DNA of 62,124 nt, filler included. It is 4 parts of 4 records of this genome, joined end to end, with 100 filler letters (N's around TTAATTAATTAA, not from the genome) between each part and the next. Parts side by side here need not be neighbours in the genome. Positions count along the whole stretch, not along the records: positions 31,286 to 54,888 come from DRR723986_9745; 3 more parts are not named here. The stretch is one strand, 5' to 3'. Shown here in pieces: positions 39,805 through 49,111 of this stretch. The position numbers and the translations under genes are program-made. Within the stretch, counting starts at the first letter, position 1. Every line of letters starts with the position of its first letter. The notes beneath the pieces are model-generated. The model did not search any database. It worked only from the letters and a program-made list of their open reading frames with translations, and was not told where the DNA came from.

Positions 39805-41467
39805 GAGCAAGCTCTACAGTGCAAACTTCTCAAGGTTCATCGAGGGCGCATGGGAACGGATCGAAGAGCACGAGTTCATCAAGGCACCTCACGTCGATCT
39901 GATGGCCTCACATCTCAGCGCAGTAGCAAAGGGCGAGATCAGTAGGTTGCTTCTGAACCTGCCGCCAGAATGCACGAAGAGCTCGGTAGTCGCTATCCTG
40001 TTTCCGGCATGGGTATGGACCTGGAAACCTGAGGCCCGGTTTATCTTTCAGTCGTACAGTGAACCATTTGTACTTCGTGATGCGACCAACAGCAGGCGTT
40101 TAGTGGAAACCAACTGGTACCGGTCACGATGGCCCCACGTGCAGCTGGTCGACGATGACAACAGGAAATCATACTACAAGACATCGGCGGGCGGCTATCG
40201 GCTATCGACCACGCGAGGCAGTCGAGCGACAGGCGAGCATCCAGACTTCATCATCTTTGAAGATCCGCTTTCAGTCGATCAATCCGCTTCGGCGTTGGAA
40301 CGTGAAGCTTGGCGCTCGTGGTACAACGAGACGATCAGTTCCCGCGGTGTTGCTCGCTCAGTGGCCCATGTCATCAGCCAGCAGCGAACGCACCCCGACG
40401 ATCCGAGTAGCGTAGCGCTAGAACAGAACGCATTGGCGAAAGCCTCCGAGGAAGAGCCACCATGGCACCACGTTTGCCTGCCGATGCGGTTCGATTCTGA
40501 ACGTGCGATGGCCGACCGCGGCTATGGATCAGACTGGCGGAAGGAAGAAGGCGAGCTGCTGTTTCCACAGGTCTTCACTGAGGACAAAGTCCGCAAGACT
40601 GAGCGGAGCATGGGCCAACGTGTAGCGCGGGCGCAACTCCAGCAGAATCCGGTGCACAGTGCCGGCCGATTCTTCGACGTCTCGCACATCAAGCTCGTGG
40701 ACTCGGTACCAGCGATGGATCATGTCGTAAGAGGTGTCGACCGGGCTGCAACGGCTGGAGGTGGCTGCTACACAGCTGGCGTACTGCTTGGCTTCGTCGG
40801 GGAGCAGGTCTACGTTCTGGACGTTTCCCGCGGTCAGTGGGCCCCGGATGAAGTCTTAGCGCAGATGCAGACTTGGTGCATCTTGGACGAAGCTCGCTAC
40901 GGTGGCGTAGGTGCGTGCACCATGGTCATTGAGCAGGAACCTGGATCAGGCGGCAAGGAGTCCGCTGAGAATGCAATCAAGCGTTTGAAGGGACACCGAG
41001 TGAAAGCTGTCCGCCCGACCACCAACAAAGAGGCGCGGGCCGAACCATTGGCGAATGCGATCGCTATTGGCGAGGTTTTCCTCCTCAAAGGCCGTTGGAA
41101 CGTGGACTTCCTTGAGGAACTTCGAAGCTTCCCAGGTGGGAAGTTCAAGGATCAGGTTGATGCAGCGGCTGGTGCTTACGTTGCAGGACTGAATCCTCAG
41201 GTGACTCGGAAGAGAGCCATCATGGCTGGCTTGCGTACCGAGCCCTGTGCTACACCGGGTTGCGAACGCCCAGTGGCTCCCGACAGCCAGTACTGCTGTG
41301 ACAAGTGCGAAGGCGCCGCGGCATTCGGTGATCCCGACCTAGTCAAGGCAATAAACCACACGCACCGATGTGAGATTCGACTTGGCAACGACCAATTGGA
41401 CAGGTCACCAATTGCAACAAAAGCCCGGCGACGGCGCGAACTATCGTTGGCTGCCCTGAGACGATGA
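39779..41467 (+). CDS. terL: Phage terminase large subunit
   Basis: LLLNLPPECTKS (Walker A region), IIFEDP (Walker B), QQRTHPDD, QLQQNP, GVDRA, IEQEPGSGGK and DQVDA nuclease motifs. Confidence 0.88.
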   Translation: MDPNLLLAESKLYSANFSRFIEGAWERIEEHEFIKAPHVDLMASHLSAVAKGEISRLLLNLPPECTKSSVVAILFPAWVWTWKPEARFIFQSYSEPFVLRDATNSRRLVETNWYRSRWPHVQLVDDDNRKSYYKTSAGGYRLSTTRGSRATGEHPDFIIFEDPLSVDQSASALEREAWRSWYNETISSRGVARSVAHVISQQRTHPDDPSSVALEQNALAKASEEEPPWHHVCLPMRFDSERAMADRGYGSDWRKEEGELLFPQVFTEDKVRKTERSMGQRVARAQLQQNPVHSAGRFFDVSHIKLVDSVPAMDHVVRGVDRAATAGGGCYTAGVLLGFVGEQVYVLDVSRGQWAPDEVLAQMQTWCILDEARYGGVGACTMVIEQEPGSGGKESAENAIKRLKGHRVKAVRPTTNKEARAEPLANAIAIGEVFLLKGRWNVDFLEELRSFPGGKFKDQVDAAAGAYVAGLNPQVTRKRAIMAGLRTEPCATPGCERPVAPDSQYCCDKCEGAAAFGDPDLVKAINHTHRCEIRLGNDQLDRSPIATKARRRRELSLAALRR

Positions 41468-41559
41468 TATTTGTCTCGGGCTAATGACCAAAGGTTGAAC
41501 GGTTCACTGCGGCAATTAAGATTGGACAGTTTTCTAGCTGGAAGCCGTGTAGGTTGTTC

Positions 41560-42642
41560 ATGGGTTGGACGCGAAAAAGACTCTCAGAACTGAGCGATGC
41601 AGACTACCGGTTCTGGTGTCGGATGGTATCCGAATCCGATGCCTTCCGTTCACCATTCTTTCGACCTGAATTGACCAAGGCTTGCGATGACGTTTTCCCG
41701 AACGTTGAAGTTGGTCTGTACCATGAGGGTGGTATTCTAAAGGGAGTGTTTGTCTATCGACGTGAAGGGGAGACGGCTCTTCCCATCGCCGGTGGTCTCA
41801 CCGACTTTGAAGGATGCATTGCTCCGGAGGGAACTCAGCTCTCGCCCAATCGGATGCTCGCCTCACTCGGACTATGCAGATGGGACTTCAGTCATGTCCC
41901 CAAGCTTAACAGCAGTGTCATCCACAACTGCTGGATGGAGAGTAGCTCTCCATATGTCGACCTGTCTCAGGGGTTTGAGAATTATCGCGATGAACTTTTC
42001 GCGCAGCACCCGAGTATCAAGAAGCACTTTGGAAAGAAGCTACGGCAACTTGCCAAGGCGCACGGCACAGCGGAGGCGCGGTTTGATGATTCGGGAGAAG
42101 ATTCTCTGCCGTTAATGCTGAAATGGAAATCGGAACAGTACGAGGCATCCGGTCGAGAACACCCCTTTCGCGATGTATGGACACGGTCACTTATGCGGCG
42201 ACTACTCCAGGAAGGATCGCGAGATTTCCAAGCGTTCCTAATCGTATTGAGCATTGAAGAACAACCCATTGCAATAGAGTTCATTCTCGCTTCTGGCGTT
42301 GTGGCCCATGCGCTAGTTACTGCATACGACCCAAGCTTTTCCAAGTGGTCGCCTGGAGTCGCGTTACAGCTGAAGGGGCTTGAGCGTCTAGTTGAAAGGG
42401 GCTTCAGGATCTACGACTTCGGAAAAGGAAAGGAGGACTACAAACAGAAGTTTATGAGTGGACAGACGATCGTCTGCGAAGGTTCCGCCGACAGGAACGC
42501 CGTCAGACAATTCTCAAGGGCGGCCTTTCATCGGGCGCGTTTCATGTTCCTAGAGAGCCGATTTGCGGACCCAGCGCGAACCGCAGCTCGACGGGCAGCA
42601 GCTCGATTCCCAGCCATCCGAAACTTACTTCGGATGCGTTGA
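41560..42642 (+). CDS. GNAT acetyltransferase, CelD/BcsL family
   Basis: Motifs SPFFRPE, SPYVDL, YDPSFSKWSPG and DFGKGKEDYK. Confidence 0.8.
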   Translation: MGWTRKRLSELSDADYRFWCRMVSESDAFRSPFFRPELTKACDDVFPNVEVGLYHEGGILKGVFVYRREGETALPIAGGLTDFEGCIAPEGTQLSPNRMLASLGLCRWDFSHVPKLNSSVIHNCWMESSSPYVDLSQGFENYRDELFAQHPSIKKHFGKKLRQLAKAHGTAEARFDDSGEDSLPLMLKWKSEQYEASGREHPFRDVWTRSLMRRLLQEGSRDFQAFLIVLSIEEQPIAIEFILASGVVAHALVTAYDPSFSKWSPGVALQLKGLERLVERGFRIYDFGKGKEDYKQKFMSGQTIVCEGSADRNAVRQFSRAAFHRARFMFLESRFADPARTAARRAAARFPAIRNLLRMR

Positions 42643-42783
42643 TTGCTCGGGCCGAACTTCAATTCCGTAGTTGTAATTTGAGCGCTTCTCGCGCCCTATC
42701 GATCCTTGATTGAGGCCATAACTGTTACCGGCCGAGCGGTTGGTAACACTCCGCTTTGATTCAATGATTGAAAAGGCAAGTTA

Positions 42784-43467
42784 GTGAAGGCAGTAGCATA
42801 CATCCGAGTCTCGACTGAGGGCCAAGCATCAGAGGGGGTGAGCCTCGAAGCTCAGCAAGCCAAGATACGAGCTTGGTGTTTGGCGAACAATTGTGATCCA
42901 CCGGAGGTATTCATTGATGCTGGTATTTCTGGCAGTCGGGCCGACAACCGACCGGAGCTTCAGCACGCACTGGAAGCTGTGATTCAAAGCAAGGGTATCT
43001 TGGTGGTCTACAGCCTATCGCGCTTGGCCCGCTCCACGAAGGACACGATTCTTATCTCCGAGCGTCTGGATAGGGCTGGCTGCGATCTAGTCAGCTTGAG
43101 CGAAAAGATCGACACCACGTCGGCTGCCGGAAAGATGGTGTTCCGAATGCTCGCCGTCATGGCCGAGTTTGAACGCGACCTAGTCTCCGAACGAACGACA
43201 GCAGCGTTGGCTCACAAGAAAGCTCAAGGCAAACGAGTTGGCGGAATTCCGTTCGGGTATGATCTGGCCCAGGACGGTGAGAGCCTCCTTCCGAATCCTG
43301 CGGAGCAAGACTCTTTGAGAATCATCCAAAGCCTACGGAACGACGGTAGGTCGCTGCGTTCGATCGCGAACGAGCTGGAAGTACGCGGTATCCGAACGAA
43401 GTCGGGCAAGTACCAGTGGTCCGCCAAGGTGGTAAGAGGCGTCTTGGCAAGGACAAGACAAACGTAG
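42784..43467 (+). CDS. Serine recombinase (resolvase/invertase family)
   Basis: Motifs YIRVST, DAGISG, RPEL, SLSRLARS and AEFERDLVSERT. Confidence 0.93.
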   Translation: MKAVAYIRVSTEGQASEGVSLEAQQAKIRAWCLANNCDPPEVFIDAGISGSRADNRPELQHALEAVIQSKGILVVYSLSRLARSTKDTILISERLDRAGCDLVSLSEKIDTTSAAGKMVFRMLAVMAEFERDLVSERTTAALAHKKAQGKRVGGIPFGYDLAQDGESLLPNPAEQDSLRIIQSLRNDGRSLRSIANELEVRGIRTKSGKYQWSAKVVRGVLARTRQT

Positions 43468-43491
43468 CGGGAAGAGAGCATAAGCCTCGCC

Positions 43492-43818
43492 TCACCGCAA
43501 GTTCTTCAGCTGCCCCTTCAGTTCTATGAGCTGCTCTTTAAGCAATCGGACTCTCGAATCACCTTCAAATAGTTTCTCGAGGCAAATCACTACCAGCAAT
43601 GATTCAGCTGCCTTCAGCCAGACGTTGGCTAGCTGCTGTTCGACTTCCCGAACGTCCTCAAAGTCTTGATCATCGATGTCGCCGTGTAGGTAGCTCGTAC
43701 GATTCGAGATGTCGAGTTGTTTAATCGTTTGGTAGCCAGACAAAGCTAGATCCAACGATCCACTGAGGCTGACAACAATGTCTCGGTATGTGAAGGATTC
43801 GGGATCCGGCATTTCCAC
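43492..43818 (-). CDS. Hypothetical protein
   Basis: 108-aa ORF with no motif recognised. Confidence 0.4.
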   Translation of the reverse strand: MEMPDPESFTYRDIVVSLSGSLDLALSGYQTIKQLDISNRTSYLHGDIDDQDFEDVREVEQQLANVWLKAAESLLVVICLEKLFEGDSRVRLLKEQLIELKGQLKNLR

Positions 43819-44268
43819 TACTCTGGAGGGTTGGAAGCCCCTATTCTACGTAGTTTCCACAGCAAAGCCAGCGAGTCTGCAACTTGCGGGAACGCTAATC
43901 ACAGGTACCGACAGCAAGTCAAAGAGCTCCAACGCCTGCTAAGGGACTTCCACGAGCCCTCATAACTCACCGTTTCGTCATCGAACTGCCCGAGATATTA
44001 ATGGGAAGGTTGATGACCTCAGGCACCCTTGCTATGCACGCCGACGCGTTCGTGCATGGGCTGTTATTTTTGCTCTACGGCATGAACGTCATCTCCAGCC
44101 AAGCCAGAATATTCACGAATCAGTCACAGCGTAACAATCGCTACAATCCGTCTGCCCTGCAACCCTGGACACCGCTTGGTGGATTCTTCGGAGCCGCTAG
44201 CTGGCATCATTACTACGAAGGTGCAAGTCTTAGCAAACACTTGGGGCGTGCAGAAGCAAGGTTCGGTG

Positions 44269-44739
44269 ATGATGTTAAGCAACTCACGCATTCGACGAGG
44301 TTTTTCGCTCATCGAACTGACTGTCGTGATTTTGATCATGGGAATTTCTGCGGCGATAGCCGTGCCGCGCATCAGCCAGTCTCTATCTTCGAGACGACTA
44401 AAGGCTGCGGCTGTCCGGCTGGCAAGTGATATCGCCTTTGCCCGTACTTCAGCGATGAACCAGGGCACCTCAGTATCCGTCGTCTTTACGGTCGGCGGAT
44501 CCTCATATTCGATGCCTAGTGTTCAGAACCCGAACGGGGGTGGTCCGTATTCAGTGGACCTACAGCTTACGCCCTATCCGGTTTCGATCAGTGACGCAGA
44601 CTTCGGTGGAGGTCAAACTTTAGTTTTTGACATGTTCGGCAAAGCAAATTCCGCAGGATCAGTGTCACTAGCTGATGCCGGTCAAACACAGACCGTCACA
44701 GTGGGGGAAATCTCAGGCCAAGCAGTCATTCAGCCCTAG
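44269..44739 (+). CDS. Minor (pseudo)pilin, GspH/FimT-like
   Basis: Prepilin site RRG|FSLIELTVVILI; LASDIAFARTSA and FDMFG. Confidence 0.85.
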   Translation: MMLSNSRIRRGFSLIELTVVILIMGISAAIAVPRISQSLSSRRLKAAAVRLASDIAFARTSAMNQGTSVSVVFTVGGSSYSMPSVQNPNGGGPYSVDLQLTPYPVSISDADFGGGQTLVFDMFGKANSAGSVSLADAGQTQTVTVGEISGQAVIQP

Positions 44740-44754
44740 AAAGAGTCCGGGAGC

Positions 44755-45813
44755 ATGAAGAACAGTGACAATCTACGTGCTGGAATTTCTCTAATTGAGA
44801 TGGTCGTTGCTTCAGCTTCGGCAACTGTTCTAATCAGCGGTATGGCAAGCAGCATCTACATCACATCGTTGGCGTTAAGTGACGGGGATGGAACAACGGC
44901 GCGCAGTCTAGATGTAAGTTTTGTGATTGACGAAATGCTGACTGATCTGCAGCTTGCAAAGGGATTTATAGATCGCACACCTCACGCGGTTGAGTTTACG
45001 GTTCCAGACCGCGACAGTGACGGTAACGATGAAATCATCCGTTACGAGTGGGGCGGCAACGTTGGCGATGCCCTCACGAAACGATTTAACGCCTTGCCTC
45101 CTGAAACGCTTTTGTCACGGATCGACGACGCAAACATCAAATATGAGGTTCAAACGGTAGCAGGCATACCTGAACCGACGATTCCACAAGTTGTCTTTCA
45201 AAGCTTCACTGAAGCCAAAGAGACGTCCAATTCAACTCAAATCGAAGTAGCTGTGCCGGGAGCGGTGCAACCCGGCGACTTACTGGTAGCGGCTGTGGCA
45301 GTGAGAGAGGATGTTGAAGATGACTTCGACGATGACATAGCAGGTTGGACCCTTGCTGGCACCGACCGCAATAGCGATAAGGTCACACTTGGCGTCTGGT
45401 ATCGCATCGCCGACGGAAACGAGCCATCGAAATACACATTCTCATGGGGCGAATCCGAAGAAGCGTATGCGTGGATAATGCACTTTGTTGGCAACCACCA
45501 AATTGCTCCTGTCGAGATTGCTGGATTTCGAAATGGCAAGTCGAGTCGACCTCCCGCACCAACTGCTGACGTCACGACCGAGTATTCTGCTGTTCTCGTC
45601 CTAGGTGCGTTCCACAAAGACGAAGTCTCACAAGATGATGCGGGTATTCCGAACTACGCAACGCTTACTCTTGATTCAGCTTCGGACCAAGTCACGGGAG
45701 GTGCCGCATTGAAGCCGATTCACTATCTCGGAGATGTTGATTCAGTGGATTTCGACCTTCAGAAGAGCGAAGAATACGTAACAGCTACCCTCTTACTGGT
45801 ACCGGCGAGCTAG
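44755..45813 (+). CDS. Minor (pseudo)pilin, GspJ/PilW-like, with an extra C-terminal beta domain
   Basis: Prepilin site RAG|ISLIEMVVA; C-terminal PGDLLVAAVA...VWYRIADGNEP. Confidence 0.75.
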   Translation: MKNSDNLRAGISLIEMVVASASATVLISGMASSIYITSLALSDGDGTTARSLDVSFVIDEMLTDLQLAKGFIDRTPHAVEFTVPDRDSDGNDEIIRYEWGGNVGDALTKRFNALPPETLLSRIDDANIKYEVQTVAGIPEPTIPQVVFQSFTEAKETSNSTQIEVAVPGAVQPGDLLVAAVAVREDVEDDFDDDIAGWTLAGTDRNSDKVTLGVWYRIADGNEPSKYTFSWGESEEAYAWIMHFVGNHQIAPVEIAGFRNGKSSRPPAPTADVTTEYSAVLVLGAFHKDEVSQDDAGIPNYATLTLDSASDQVTGGAALKPIHYLGDVDSVDFDLQKSEEYVTATLLLVPAS

Positions 45814-45816
45814 CGA

Positions 45817-46443
45817 ATGCATCTGAATGGGCCCAGCAGTCGACTTGGATTCTCATTGGTCGAGGTAGTAATTTCAACCTTAATTGTAGCGTTGATAATG
45901 ACAACGGCCTTGAGAACGGTCGCGGTGGCAACGCAAGCACGAATCAAGACAACTCAATCTCAAATTGGACCCTCACTAGCTAGGGAACTGATTAGTGAAG
46001 TACTTAGTAAGCCATACAGTGACCCTGATGAAGGTCTTGGTGCAATTGGGCTAGATGGCGGTGAAGTCTCCAGCAATAGGCTAGCGTTCGACGATGTCGA
46101 TGACTTCGACAGTTGGAGCAGCTCGTCGGCGATCAACGCTGACGGAAGCAATAATCCTATTGGTTTGGGCTGGAGTCGAATGGTCGATGTCGATTTTGTC
46201 GAACCATCCACGCTCGACATATCATCGATAGACCTCGGCCTCAAACGCATCACAGTTACCGTGACTTCGCCCAACGGAGCAGTTTCAATGCTTGAAACGC
46301 TTCGTTCGCGTCGTGGGGCCAACCAGCGTCTTCCGTACGCCGACCGAGGCTTTGTCACCAGTGCTTCAGTGTCAGTCGAAGTATCTGGTTCAACGGTCGA
46401 CCTCTCGCGAAGCCAAATCAAGAACCATGCTCAAGACCAGTAG
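45817..46443 (+). CDS. Minor (pseudo)pilin, GspI/PilV-like
   Basis: Prepilin site RLG|FSLVEVVIS; FDDVDDF and LKRITVTV. Confidence 0.8.
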   Translation: MHLNGPSSRLGFSLVEVVISTLIVALIMTTALRTVAVATQARIKTTQSQIGPSLARELISEVLSKPYSDPDEGLGAIGLDGGEVSSNRLAFDDVDDFDSWSSSSAINADGSNNPIGLGWSRMVDVDFVEPSTLDISSIDLGLKRITVTVTSPNGAVSMLETLRSRRGANQRLPYADRGFVTSASVSVEVSGSTVDLSRSQIKNHAQDQ

Positions 46444-47710
46444 CCACATGCGAAACAGGAGAGCCCAGGCCGGGCGACGACGCGGCGCGTTGTACATCAC
46501 GGTGCTTGGCGCATCACTTGTTGTTACGCTGCTGTCACTGGCGGCTATCCATGGAGTGCGCATCAACCTAAATAGAGCACTCTCAAAACCTGATCGTGTA
46601 ACGGCTTCCCTTATCGCCGATGCGGGAATCGAGCATGCTCTTGCAACAATAGACGCCGATCCTAATTGGAGGAGCACGCTGAATTCTGGGATTAGCTATC
46701 CTCCCACTCCGCTCTCGATCAGCGGAGGAACAGTGACGTGGAAGATTGTCGACGCAGATGGCGTGCTAAACGACAACTCCGCGGACTGTGCCGTGTTGCG
46801 AGCTACGGCAAATCTAGGTGGTGTAACCCACGTCGTCGAAGCGACGCTTCAACCGACAGATTCTGGAATCACAGCCTTGGAAAGTGCCTTCCATTGTGCA
46901 ACCAGTATCTCGCTCGGATTTAGCGTTAACTTCGAAACAAACACGTTCATTGGTTCGAATGGGAACATATCAGCGAGTGGATTGTTCACCAGTATCGAAG
47001 GAGATGCACAGGCGAGCGGTGCAATCTCCGGTAGCGTCTCCGGCAAAGCAACCATGGGGGTACCTGCTCGTCAGATGCCGGACGAAACCGTCTTCGACTA
47101 CTACACGCATATGGGAACTCCGATTGACATCGCGATGATTTCCACGAACCTTGAGAATGTCGTGCTTAGTCCAAGTAGCAACCCTTTCGGGGAAACGAAC
47201 GCGGCTGGGATCTATGTTGTTGATTGTCAGGGCGCAGAGATTAGAGTTCGCAATATCCGTTTACTTGGTACTCTCGTTTTACTTAATCCTGCCAGCAGCT
47301 CTCGAATCGAAGAGAGCGTTCTTCTGGAACCGGCAGTTTCTAATTTCCCATCTCTTCTCGTCGAAGGCTCTATACAGATTGAATTCGATTCGAATTCATC
47401 CCTCGACGAAAACACAGCGAGCTTCAATCCGCCCGGAACTCCGTTCGATAATGAACAAGATACCGATACCAGCGACTCCTTTCCGAGCATGATCCGAGGG
47501 CTTGTTTACGTTTCGGGGCAGATGAACTTCGTGGCGGATGCTAGAGATTCCGATTTTGAAGGATGTGTGATATGCGGCTCCACCCAAGGTAACTCGGACA
47601 GCAGCTTCACGTGGTACTCTCTGTTCAAGCATCATCCGCCGCCGGGCTTCGGCGCTGGCTCGCAGATGGAAGTGATCCCAGGTTCCTGGCGGCGCATTCC
47701 TACGCAATAG
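46427..47710 (+). CDS. Minor (pseudo)pilin, GspK/PilX-like
   Basis: RRRG|ALYITVL lacks Glu5, as PilX/GspK proteins do; ADAGIEHAL. Start is 46427 or 46448. Confidence 0.75.
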   Translation: MLKTSSHMRNRRAQAGRRRGALYITVLGASLVVTLLSLAAIHGVRINLNRALSKPDRVTASLIADAGIEHALATIDADPNWRSTLNSGISYPPTPLSISGGTVTWKIVDADGVLNDNSADCAVLRATANLGGVTHVVEATLQPTDSGITALESAFHCATSISLGFSVNFETNTFIGSNGNISASGLFTSIEGDAQASGAISGSVSGKATMGVPARQMPDETVFDYYTHMGTPIDIAMISTNLENVVLSPSSNPFGETNAAGIYVVDCQGAEIRVRNIRLLGTLVLLNPASSSRIEESVLLEPAVSNFPSLLVEGSIQIEFDSNSSLDENTASFNPPGTPFDNEQDTDTSDSFPSMIRGLVYVSGQMNFVADARDSDFEGCVICGSTQGNSDSSFTWYSLFKHHPPPGFGAGSQMEVIPGSWRRIPTQ

Positions 47711-48149
47711 TTGCGACTGCTTCGATGAAATCTTATGCTCGCTGCAAATCAGGTCGTATGATCTTGCTCTTTAGATTGGCACTCTGTACACGGAGCTTGG
47801 TGATCCAGGGATCCCTTTCAGACAGCTGGGCGAGCTACCTGCAAGCGGTTCATAAACCTCGTTAAGGCGGTTGAATTCGGCCAGCGTTTGGCGAAACCGA
47901 ATGAGTCCAACGCTGATGCCCGCGAGCAGAGCCAGCAATATGAACCAGTGCAAGAATCTACTCACTTCAGGTCCTTCCGCTCCTAGCCTTCGCATGCCAC
48001 TTAGCCGATTGCTGCAGACTGCTAGAATAGGCGGTCTCCTTTCCCGCGGTGGGCAACGCAGAATCGAACTCGGACGATTATAATGCGATCTTCATACGCC
48101 GGGTGAGGCTTGTCGAGTACTTTGCCCCGAAGCCAAGCGACCCCAAAGA

Positions 48150-49088
48150 ATGAAACAAATACTTGCGTTCTTTCTAGTGTTTTCAGTACTCGCGCAACCA
48201 GCTCAAGCTTGGTCGGAACGCGGGCACCACATCATTGCTGTTCTGGCTTTCGAGCTTCTTAGCCCACAGGAACAAGCACGGCTGGTGCAGGCCCTGAGCG
48301 AGCATCCAGACTTTGCCAGAATCAGCGAGTATGGCGACTCCGACATCCAGATTGTTGGCCGTGCAGCGTACTGGCCTGATATTGCAAGGAGCTCAGCAAA
48401 ATGGAATCGACCATCGTGGCACTACCAGTTGGGAGCTACCGAGATTAGAGGGGACGTCCCGAAGGTACCAGACTTTCCAATGAGTCTTCCTTTGACCGCT
48501 GATCTATCGACTCAGGAGCTCCACATTCAGCAAGCAGTTCAACTCTGTGTTGGAGTCGTCCAGTCTCAAGAAGCACCAGCACCGGACAAAGCACTCGCGT
48601 TGAGTTGGCTTCTGCACCTAATCGCGGATGGGCATCAACCCTGTCATGCTGGAAGCTTCTACGCAGCGTACGTTTTTCCCAACGGCGATCGCGGTGCAAA
48701 CAGCATTCCAGTAAAGCAGGGCCGGAACATGCACGCTCTTTGGGATGGTCTGCTTGGCCGGTCATATGACAAACGTAGGATTGAGAGAGAAGTCGAAGAC
48801 TTGCTCACGAGAGCTAGTCGCCTCGAATCGAGCGGCCTCGAACTCGGTGGTACAGCGGAGATCATATCGGGGCAATGGCTAGAAGAGAGCAGAACGGCCG
48901 CTAGAGCGGTTGTATACACCGAGCAGATTAGACGGCAAATTGACGTGGCGTCGAAAGCCAAAACCGATGTTTCGCCAATTGATCTACCTGAAGCTTATTT
49001 GAAGGAGGCTGGCGAAGTAGCCCGGATTCGGGCAACCATCGCAGGTGTTAGGCTAGCGCGAGTCTTGTCCGATTGTCTAGCTAAGTAG
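48150..49088 (+). CDS. Secreted S1/P1 nuclease
   Basis: Signal peptide ending AQA|W, then WSERGH, WPD, WHY, HLIADGHQPCH and HALWD. Confidence 0.92.
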   Translation: MKQILAFFLVFSVLAQPAQAWSERGHHIIAVLAFELLSPQEQARLVQALSEHPDFARISEYGDSDIQIVGRAAYWPDIARSSAKWNRPSWHYQLGATEIRGDVPKVPDFPMSLPLTADLSTQELHIQQAVQLCVGVVQSQEAPAPDKALALSWLLHLIADGHQPCHAGSFYAAYVFPNGDRGANSIPVKQGRNMHALWDGLLGRSYDKRRIEREVEDLLTRASRLESSGLELGGTAEIISGQWLEESRTAARAVVYTEQIRRQIDVASKAKTDVSPIDLPEAYLKEAGEVARIRATIAGVRLARVLSDCLAK

Positions 49089-49111
49089 CTACAAGCGCTG
49101 GTGGAGTTGAA

